This document shows positions 52,890 to 64,000 of a stretch of 64,000 bases of DNA, in pieces (position 1 is the first letter of the stretch; each line of letters opens with the position of its first letter). Made by a program: the position numbers and the translations under genes. Under the pieces are notes generated by a model that saw nothing but the letters and a program-made list of their open reading frames with translations, was not told where the DNA came from and searched no databases. This DNA is from Octopus vulgaris. Lineage: Eukaryota. The DNA lies in contig OX597819.1 of the NCBI GenBank assembly GCA_951406725.2, forward strand, positions 117,242,001 to 117,306,000. Reading direction: 5' to 3'.

Positions 52890-54675
52890 ACATATTCAAT
52901 CTATTTCAATGTTCCGAGGAAATGTGAAAGCAACATATTGATCGTTGTCATCATAATTTGCTTATCCTGTTTCATTGAAGTTGGAGAAAATTTCAAGAGT
53001 TTCCGTGTAGTGGACTTCCATATACATGATTGAAGATGAACAACTATCAGATACAGCAATTTGGTTGTAATTTTATAATATTTTCTCATTTTAGAATAAT
53101 ACTTCGAAAGGTGCACAAATTACATGCTGCATTATTTTCACGTCACCCTCTCTCTTTAAAACTACATTATTCGTAATCAGGAACAATGTAGCGTGAAGTT
53201 AGGAATGAAAATACGAACTATACGTACTACGAAATAAATAAATTCAAATCACAAAATACGTAGATCAGGTAATTAAGTAAATTAATCTAAAATGTTTAAA
53301 TTACGGGACACGGACGTAAATGCACACGGACATAAGTAAAGCGTTGAATGAAGATTGCAGCCAAAAGTTGATGAACTAGAATGTTTGCTATAATTTAACT
53401 CGCAAAGACTTGAGAATGTATGTTTGCACTGAAGTCAAAAACACTCGTATATATACATATATATTGATAGGAAGACTGCTTATTAAAAATGACTATCCGA
53501 ATTTTATAGCAAAAATGAAAGGTCATTAGCGATTGAATTTATATATCGAATATATCACATATATTCTTTGAACTAACAGTGATACTTCAAGGAATGCTGA
53601 ACCACATGCTTTTCGTCCATTTATAAGCAAAGTTCAGTATTTCAATAATGTTGCTATATTATCTCTCTCTGCCCACAAAAATAAAACCTACAAAATGATG
53701 TTTCATTTAGCTTTGTTGTAGATTTAAATCAATATTAAAAAATCTATAACATACTGAGTTGTTGACATGACGTGTAGGCTATGAGTCACGGCACGGCTAA
53801 ATCAATACCTTGCAGTTCCAAACCGTTTATTATCATCTACGGCTCTAATGAATGGAAAAGTGTCAAGTACTTCAAACATACAATTTTCGTCAATAAATAT
53901 GTTGAACCAAAATGGAGAACAGATTTTATCAAACCGATGACGAGAGCAAGAGTTGGCCCCTGGCAAATAAATCGAATCCAGAATGAAGTTTTAATTTCCT
54001 GTTTGAAGCGATCCACTTCATGTGAGGAGACAGTTCAAATGGGAAAAACCTTGTCACTTTATCAAGATTTTCCTTTCTAAGATAAAGATTTATCATACGA
54101 GCCACAGGTAGAAAATATGGTGGGAAGAAGGGCAAGTTGAAGTGGGGGGGAAGTGCAACATTGTCATAAGGATGAAACATCAATTGTTTTGTTACAAATA
54201 TGGGATTTCTGTTTATCAGTGTATATACCTCACTCGCATACCGTTTCTCTATTCTTTTCTGAAATAATTCTATTCAAAGCAATCAAAGGGCAGGCATACA
54301 GACATAAACTTGCATACACGCAATGTCATTGTGTATGCGTATTTTCAATTCTTTTCAAGGTTTTAGTCAATGAAGATACGTCAATCTGGAGAATAACATC
54401 AAAGGGTTTCGGTAAAATGCGTCGAAACTTACATATCTAGAGTTAGTTAGTCTATCGACATCCTAAATTCAGAAGTCAACCTCCCTTGAGAAAACTGGAG
54501 ACACCGTAAAGAAATCAATTATATACTGCAAAGCATTTTTAATTGTAGGCCTTTCACTGGAATACGCATACCATGCAATATCACAAGGTTATGAAACAGC
54601 TGATTGACTAAGAGGTCCAACACTATGCCCGAAAATGCATTGTAAGTTAAATGTAATCATCTGTGCCACAATTGC

Positions 54676-55596
54676 AAAGATAACCTGGAACTCGACTGGG
54701 GATAGAAAACTCCGAATGATCCGTCCTTGTTTTCCTCGTATCGTCTGTCTGGATATTTTGTCGTCCCTTTTTTGTTTCACCTACCTGTCTGGATGTTTTG
54801 CCTTCTTATCTCAATTTTGTAGTTTTTATTTATAAACTATAGCGGCGTACGTACACTTTGGTCCCTTATATGTAAGTATATATCTAAATTTTGTACGACT
54901 CTATTGTTCTTTGTATTCTTTCATTCTTTCCTTCTTTCTATCAACCCTTTCACACTTCATTCATTCTACTCTTCGATCTGTGGTTCCCCCTCTCTCCCAT
55001 TTCTTGGCATTCTCTTCATGCCCAATTTCCCTAGTTCACTTCACTTTCTCTTTCATTTTTCTCTCACACCCCTTAATTCTTCTATCCCTCTGCCTCTACC
55101 TCTCTCTTATCTTCCCACGTGACCGGTGTTTAGTCAGGCATGACGTTTCTTTCTTGGTTGGACTACTGATCGTGCAACATCTATACTCCTTCCTGTACTT
55201 GTTAAAAGTTATGTCCCTACCGTAAGGCTTTACTTCTACATACGCCAGCTTAGTTTCATTCGTCCTTAGTCGAAAGAAACCTGTTGTTATGTCCTGTTAT
55301 TTGTATTTGCGTAACATTTCTCTGTTATTTTCCAATCCTTGTTTTCGTATACATTCGCTGCTTTCCCCCAACAAAGGTAAAGCTCTCGGCTTATTTGTTT
55401 TCCTTGGGGCTGACCAGATTGGATCAATCTAGAGTATAACAAGCCGAAAAGATAATATGGAACTCGACCAAGGACAGAAAACTCCGAACGATCCGTCCTT
55501 GTTTTCTTTGTATCGTCTGTCTGGATATTTTGTTGTCCCTTTTTTGTTTCACCTAGCTGTCTGGATGTTTTTCGTCCTTGTCTCAACTTTGTATTT
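54676..55596 (+). repeat. ~146-bp diverged direct repeats 772 bp apart, ending at a TA run (LTR/pLTR-like remnant)
   Basis: 54676-54821 versus 55448-55593: AAAGATAA..TGGAACTCGAC..AGAAAACTCCGAA.GATCCGTCCTTGTTTTC..GTATCGTCTGTCTGGATATTTTG. Confidence 0.75.
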
Positions 55597-57606
55597 ATAT
55601 ATATATATATAAATAACAAAAATTAGTGAATGGAATAGATAAAATCCAAACTACATATGTTTCATAGCTAGAGGAGTCTCGGAAGTAGTAAATTATCCAA
55701 ACGATTGGTAGACCGCAAGCTCCTTTCCAAGCCTAGGATACCTGCATTTTACGAAGTTTACACTGTCGTTAGGAGATCCCGTGTTAAGTCATTGGATATT
55801 CGATCGAAGTGCATAGAAAGTTCAGCTCTAGATGAAAACATATTGTGAAGAAGAAGAATTAAATATAAGATAAAACATATATGGGAATGAGTAATTGTGT
55901 TATAGAGAAAAATGTGTGAAACTGGGGGAGTTGAACGGAGAATGCTTGACATAGAATTTCGCTGGTTAAATGTTCCTTATGAATTTAAGTTGGGTCATTC
56001 GCGAGACGGTTGTGGGCTAGATAAGTAAACATGCTGTAGCATTCTTCAAATCCATTTAAACAGACACAGGATGAATACGAGGAGTGGTATTTGAAATTGA
56101 GAGATGTAACGGAAAGGGAGAGGGAAGATGATGTATTTTCGGTCAAAATAGTAGCCGTTGATTTCGTAATTTAATTAAAATTTTAAATCTAGGGACGGCG
56201 AAGTAAGTATAAGATAGCAGCAGTAGCTTCTATCCGAGATTATATAAATGCGTATAAGCGCTTCTGCGCGCTTATGATATGCGTCTGTAGAATCCACTAG
56301 TTGGGTACGCGTGTTTGTGTATTTGTAAATATTATTATGTATAGATGGTATATGTGTGGAGATAGAAAACTTATTGAAATTCATAAAGTATATAGGAAAA
56401 CAGGTGGAGAATATAAAAAAGTAATAAAATACATCTATATGTATATATGCTCGTAACAAAGTTAGATTGAAACATAGTAATGGAGAAAACTTATAAAAGT
56501 TCCGCCGGAAAATAGAAAATTAATCGTAAAATCTACATTTATATCCCCATGCGAAAATAAAAACAACAAAAACTATCTCGTAGTTCCTGTAACTGAAGGT
56601 CTGTGGTTAAAACATTTTTTCAACCTATCTAAAAATACAGTTCCATATTTAAGAGATGAGGAATTATGTATATTCTTCATATGATTTGTATTCGACGGAT
56701 ATTTCTCCTCATCTAGTGTGTTGTTATCAAAACGTTCATACATACATACAAAAATACCCTGTTGTTGATGTTGAAATGCCAATGAAGGAGCCTTGGATCT
56801 AGGTTAGAAACCGGTTCTTTATTGGCAAGAAATATTGAAATAAAGCTGAACAATTACATACATATATTAGGAGTTGTCCAAAAATTTCGTAGCTGTAATA
56901 TCTAACGATGAGACATAATATCGCCAGGAAACTGTATAATGTATCCATCGGAAGGATAACCCTGCAAGTGTATATAGGAGATTGCGCAAGATAGCACTAC
57001 TTTGGTTGTCACTCAGTTGCATAATATTGTAAATGATGAGAGCTTCTTTCCCCAGTTTCCTAATGTTTCCTTCTCTATCATCAAAAAAACCTGGATGTTT
57101 GGTGTGTTGCATTTCTGATGGTAGTGTTTGACGGGTGAAGCCTCACCAGAGACATTTTCTTTAAGTCCTATGTAAATTGCCAGAGAGTACTTACGCTCTT
57201 GGGTTCATTGCATATACAAAGAGTGATTCTATACATCATATAGTCCCACAAACATATTTTCACACATTCTGAGGAAATCGATAATGTATCTTAATTTTCT
57301 ATTTACGACACGTACATGTTAGGTGAGAAAGCTATAGAGGGCCTAACGCCTTATCACATTACGGAGGAAATTGTTGAACTAAGGACAATTACTGCAGTTG
57401 ATATATTAGCAGCTGAGTTTATTTGCAATTGCTGGAATCTATGTGTTAATCTGGTTACATCAGTTATTGATTACATCCGTAATGGTTACATCAGTAATAT
57501 GGTTACATCAGAAATGACTCACCAGTTCCACAGAGCTGGGGAGGTGTTAGCATATCAAATGAAAACTATAGTAATTTTCTTCGAATGTGCATATCTGCAT
57601 CTTTTG

Positions 57607-57813
57607 CTGACTTGTTTTACCTTTTGTTTTCTCAGTCATTAGATTGCAGTTATGTTTGGGCACCGCCTTACTCGAATGAATCGACGCCACTAACTATTTT
57701 CACCAAATCCATCCACAATGTTTTGGTTCGCCCGAGTCTATAGTAGAAGACATTTGCCCAAGGTGCCACGAAGTGGGACTCAAACCAGCAACATGTGGTT
57801 GGGGAGCAAGCTT
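57607..57813 (-). mobile_element. Degenerate SINE family A
   Basis: CTATAGTAGAAGACATTTGCCCAAGGTGCCACG.AGTGGGACT matches 40657-40700. Confidence 0.7.
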
Positions 57814-59339
57814 TAAGCATACATATGGCCTATCATTGTCCTACTGTAGACTTAGATCAGATAGAAGAACAGAAGATATAATCATTTATGTTAGATATTT
57901 GCAAAAGTAGTGCATAGGAAAGATGTCGCAGATTTTCAAGTTTTCTTTGATCTAAAAAAAGTGATTTCTTAGGTGAATCTCAAATTAATGCGAATTACTT
58001 TGGAAATTTTGCCATGCTATTCTCATTTGTTGCTTTATTGCCTGCATTCCCCTATATATGAGAAGCTACCTTTCCAGTAGAAAACATTTAAAAATACTCT
58101 CCACAATTTGTAATGTTTTTACATTTAAGAACTGTGATCTAAGAATTTTTGCCAACAAATGTTGTATCGTTTCCAAACTAAAACTAGACACCTATACATT
58201 ATGTGCTGTATACTAATAATTGTAATTTTGAGGCATACTCGATGTAAATTATATAGAAAAATTTCGAAATACTTCTTCGGTATTCTACATGTGGACATGA
58301 AAATAAACTGACCTACTTAAAGATAAACATATCTGGGTGAAACCAAATTTATTTGTTCAATGAACCAGAAGAGATGTGGGGAATTCATTAGTCTATCATA
58401 GAAAGCTGAGAAAAGATAATTTTTCGGTGTATCAGGAACATTGTGGAAACTAGTTTGGTCAAAGAGGGTCTTGAAACGGTTCACCAAGATTTGCATCTCA
58501 GATACTTGCGTCACAACATTTCTGCTGCATTCCTTTTAGATATGTATCTATCATAGATGATATAACATAATTTTAGAGAAGTTTAATATGATAGGTTAAA
58601 AATGTATTGGAAATATCACATAGAAAACTTTTGCAAGTGACACAGAATTGTTGGACAAGGCGGTCTGTCTCATAATATCCAACTCACTTCATCAAGGGGC
58701 ATATGCAGTCAGTTAGTTATATCGCATAACGCGGGGACTTCAGATTTTCGAATCTGTAACTCTATGAATAATAAATATCAGAGGCTTTATATATAGATAT
58801 CTTGTGTTTACTCGCCTGATTTTATCTCGTATATTTATATCATCTGACTCTAATTTACAGTTAAAAGGTTGTTTTTCAAATTATAAAGTTTAGTCATAAA
58901 ATATATTGATAATTCAATTTATGGTCGCTTATATCGAGATGGATTTTTCTTTCTAATTTTGCCTTGATAAATACCCTCCCCAAAAAATATTGCCAACTTT
59001 ATATTTTCGGTAACTACAGCCAACTTCCATTACATATTACACTCAAAATACTATGTGGTGATATACATATAAACACACACAAACGCGCGCGCACGAGAGT
59101 ACACACACATACACTCACACACTTACATACGCACACATACACATACATTCACACGCGCATGTATATGTATTTATGTATATACCGACGCATTTATAGTCGT
59201 GTGTATGTTGTAGTGTGTGGCGATATCTGATTTTGTGTGTGGATGAATATGTATAATATCTCAGTAGAACCAAACAAGCCTGCACACTCACCGACGCACA
59301 AAGACGCACACAAATCCGCATGCACCGCTATATACATAC

Positions 59340-59342
59340 ATG

Positions 59343-59391
<49 letters not shown>

Positions 59392-59393
59392 AT

Positions 59394-59445
<52 letters not shown>

Positions 59446-59535
59446 ATTTGTATATATGTATATGTATATATGTATATATATATGTATATATATATACATA
59501 TACATACATATATATATATATATATATGCATACAC

Positions 59536-59604
<69 letters not shown>

Positions 59605-59660
59605 GTATAAATATGTTTATGGATGTTTATATATATATATATACACATGCATATATATCG
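59340..59660. repeat. (CA)n/(TA)n compound microsatellite
   Basis: Read directly from the sequence. Confidence 0.95.
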
Positions 59661-62600
59661 GCATCATAATAATCTTCTTCATCAATGTCGCTTTAAACCA
59701 AATTTAGAATATTTACAAATATTGAACATTGATGGGAAGTCATTGCTGATTTATTTGTTTTGATTCTAAAAACATTAAAGACAAACTTAGATTCATTGCC
59801 AATCTTAATTATCTCAATAACCAGTTTAATGTTAATTTGTTTTTGTAGTTTTCTAAATATACTGCTCTCACCCATCTTCTAATATTTTAATGTCTGGACT
59901 TATGTACATTTGAGATTGAATCACATTGTCTCTCATTAATTCCCCACAAATAATTACTGGTTTGAATCGTAGGACCACATTTGGGTTGTAGTGCAGTATT
60001 AAAGTACTTTAGTGAATTTTGTATACTAGCATACTGTAGCAAGTACTTAATTTTGCGAATTGCTAGCGTTTACAAAATTTCTGTTATTCTGAAAGATACA
60101 TGATATTTCTATTATATACATGTATGGCAACACATCGGAAGTTATATTCGAATATAATATTCGAATATGAAAATATATCGTAACCTCGGTATATCAAATA
60201 TTGTTAGGATGTAGAGGACTTTCCTGTTTCTTTAAGCTAAGTTATTTTCAAATTTAAAAATAAGTCATTATTTGAAACTTAGAATCGCTGTAACGTAGCT
60301 ATAGGCTCATATTCGAAACAACTTTTAATTTAAAAAACAAAATGACAACTTAATTTAACTTCTCAACGGATTTGTATATGTATCCTCAATTGTATACCAC
60401 CTTACACACTGTCATAAGCGTTAACTTGTGACCAGTCTAAGGTTTCTCAAAATTAAGAGCTACTTGGAAGTAAATGACCTTAGTGTAGACAAAGATTTGG
60501 CTTTCAAAGTTTTTTTGGTTTATGTTTGCAGCTCTTTTGAAACGATTGTGATGTCGGTTTGCAAGAAGTTGCTGATCTTAGCTCTTCCCTTCATCGATCT
60601 TTATGTCTTCTCTCACTACGTGAGAAGTGAGGGTAATGCTTTTGATGTAATTTGGAATGCTAGCCGGAATTTGAACTTAGAAAGAAAACAGATTGAACAT
60701 GATCCGTGACAAACATTGTGAGAGATCTTTGAATTTCTCAAATTTCCCCAGACTAGAGTGACTATATTTTTATTCCCGAAAGTGTAAAAGGTAAAATGGA
60801 CCTCGGAGTGAGCCAGACTCACAACACAGAAAGGTAAAACTAATATTGTAGAAGGTACATTAAAGATACATTCCTCGTAACTTCAGGTAAAAGAAGATGA
60901 GAAAGCTTTAATGCAATCGTTGTCTTCTTTGCAACCAACTTACATAAGATATTAACCTAGATAAAATTATGACTATACTAGGTCATAATACTTTTGAATA
61001 TTCAGCAAAAATATGCTCACATGATACTTATTATACGTTTGCCGGACTTCAACTGACATTTACTCATCAGTAACATCATACGAGCGTCATGTTCCTAGGT
61101 TTATAGAAATTCAATGGTTCTTGTAATGAGTTTGTGAATGTTGCTCACAATTGCTAATTTTGTATCGCTTTACAGAAACAATGAGACCAAGCCAGCACCT
61201 TTCCGAAACGATAATTCCATTGCCATATATTAAAATGAATGTGCATGGCACTTCAAAGAACCAAGAAATGGTGCTCGACGCCGCCATATGCATATTATTT
61301 TAATAGTGATCAGACCCCATTAACTTTAAAACGTAATAAGTACATAATTGATAATACAATGTTTGTCTGTAATCTATTTTTTAAGTTTTAATAAAAGTGA
61401 ACTGTTGATGTGTCTGAATCGGATATTAAATATTTACCGATACAACTTGTGAGAGTTGCAGATTGATGAGTAAAATAGTGTCCTTCAATATCTTCACGTA
61501 GATCGATTTTTATATTTGTGTTTCCAAGGATGATTAAACAGTATTTCTCTTTACCGATTCAGTATAGTTTACAATCCGAGGTCTTCTGTTCAAATATATA
61601 CCTATTAAAAGCCGCAAACACATTTGAAAACTCACTTTTATTTAAATATTGTTTCAGTGAGATTACCTAGAATATCATGTATTTTTATATATGCTGGGAA
61701 TAACAATACATTCAAATTGCACGAACATTTACAATGTTAACGTCCTTGAAATAAGGAGAATAATTTGACTTTGAACGGATAACTATTTCCTGATAAGAGC
61801 CTTTTTATGCATATCTTGTTTCAGTCCCTTGGAATTCGTTTGGGATTTCAGATAATCTACTCTCGATATTTATAATTCATCAAAGCGTCATTTTCAGAGC
61901 AAGGTTTTGTCAGTATCTGTTCATTGTATAGTATCCAGTCGAAATGTGACAGGCGAAAAGTTATCGTCTAAATATGAATGATGGCTTGTCATTTATACGC
62001 TAACAGATAAGTGTTTCTTTCGCTTTTGATTAGCATATGTTTACCATGTTTAGTGATGCGTATGCCATAAATACTGACTCCATTTTAATCGACTATTTTA
62101 TTTGTAAATCTTTAGTGTATGTATGCGCACTCCACACTCCTATGCTGTGTTCGATAGAGCATAGCAAAATCAACTTGTTGCTCTTGCCTCGTGAAATGGT
62201 TGTCAAGTTATCGTACATTTATAGCCTGGATATATAAATGTTTATGTTTCTCCTTCAAAATACAAATCCTATTGTTAATCAGTTGCATTTCACATGTTTA
62301 CATGTAGGTGGTTTGCTATGAATAAGAAGGATTGAGATTTAAATATTTTTTATCGGAATATTCTATAGTTTAAAAAATCCGAAGATTAAACGAAATCTAG
62401 ACTATAATAGCTAAGCTAACAAAATAAAAGAGAAAACGACAGAACAACAGAGGCAAAAAATAAACGGTGATCGATACATCCAATAACAACCTTATTAAGA
62501 ATAACCTACACACATACACACTAATGTATTATATGGATTGAGTATGTAATGTCTATAAAATAGATTAATGCATGACTAAGAAAAAAAGCTGTAAAGCAGA

Positions 62601-63164
62601 ACATTAACTAAAATATAAGAAGAGAAATGCTGCAAAAATAATAAAGTTAAAATCGTTCTTATTAAGGCAAACTCACGCAAAAAATACGTACCATCAATAT
62701 TAGAGTCGAAATGTGAGTATACCAGTCCTCTTGTGTGTATTCATTCTATCGAATATTCTAATTCACTTATTCCGTCGTCGAAAGTTTAAATTCAATAATA
62801 CGTACTTTATTCATGAAGTTACAGTTTAATAATCGCAATAGCAAGTAAAATTATTAAATTTAGACGCTTGTAGCTCGATTTCTTTTGTAATTAGATTTAT
62901 ACTGCACTAATATTAACCTGATAGATATATTCGAAACACAATTGTTCATTTTTAATAACTAGACAAGAGAAACGATATTTACGAATAATTTAGTAATAGT
63001 AAATCAGGTTTTATCTAAGACTTCTACTCGTTAAATATAGCAAACTAGTCTAATGGCAACGTTAAAACTTTGGAAATAACACTGAGCCTTGACAAATATA
63101 TACGAAGAAAATATTAGGTGCGTTGTAAAGTGCAATAGGTAAGATTAATCCAGTCAATACTTGC

Positions 63165-63370
<206 letters not shown>

Positions 63371-64000
63371 CATCTGCCTATCTGCATATATGAACATTTT
63401 TAGTACATCATAAAGTAATTTATTCTTTAGCTACGATTTAAATCCTTAAAGAACAGGAAATACATTTCATGAATAAACGTATCGCAATGCTATGAATATA
63501 ATAAATTGTATATAATTTTTCAATGTAAAACATTTGCAGTTCTTGGGACTAAAACGCAAAATTAATACGACCAAACAACCGACAAACTAACCAGTCTACC
63601 TGCCTACGTATATAGTACCTTCCTAACCTGCGTATGAGTGTGTATATGCATGTATATATCAACATATGCGTGTGTATGTTTATAAATTAGTTGCTTATGT
63701 ACATTATACATACACCAACAAATACGTATATATATATATATTAGCCGAATAACACGACGTTGGCGGGCAGTTGTTTTACAGTACAATGTCTTATGTAATT
63801 GTTTTGTTTATTCCATGTCAGATCATAATTTTCCCGACAGATAGGAACTATTGACTAGGACAGGTCTGTGCAACTTTTCTTTAAAAATATTCGTTGAGGA
63901 TTGCTTTCTTTATTAAAATTATTTACATCTTAGTTCGACTGTTTCACTTGATTTTATTCAGTAAAGCTTATAAAACCTACAGCAGTTGTTACAAATTTGT

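Noticed and set aside
54635-54835. ORF MHCKLNVIICA..STGDRKLR as a GIY-YIG N-terminus
   Set aside because: The tyrosine motifs are missing and the similarity is too weak to support.
52100-63100. Host protein-coding exons in the less repetitive stretch
   Set aside because: The short ORFs show no recognisable domains. Small exons cannot be excluded without RNA-seq or a homology search.

Overview
This is an AT-rich, microsatellite-dense animal sequence with no recognisable host exon. The tRNA-derived SINE families resemble those of octopus, so an Octopus/cephalopod intron or intergenic region is inferred, not proven. The dominant feature is a ~9.9 kb Penelope-like retroelement (PLE, 1021-10962). 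It has a 5' inverted pseudo-LTR, an RT + GIY-YIG ORF broken by one homopolymer frameshift, a ~5 kb internally repetitive 3' region and three minimal hammerhead ribozymes (HHR). A second, 5'-truncated copy lies at 46521-50885. Other hammerhead-bearing families are a ~504-nt ORF-less partial-tandem unit (13258-14100, retrozyme-like), a 194-bp fold-back with an HHR core in each arm (19477-19670, duplicated) and a 3' fragment of another GIY-YIG PLE (21810-22870). Four of these insertions (1021, 13258, 21810, 46521) sit inside (TA)n tracts, several with TATA-like microhomology at the junction. A 1.76-kb tandem duplication supplies an empty versus filled site for one of them. Also present are two decayed mariner elements, a non-autonomous Helitron, CR1-like and RTE LINE remnants, many SINEs and a probable long-read assembly artefact at ~45.8-46.1 kb. 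Nearly all short ORFs in the track are microsatellite or repeat artefacts. All alignments and folds were made by eye.
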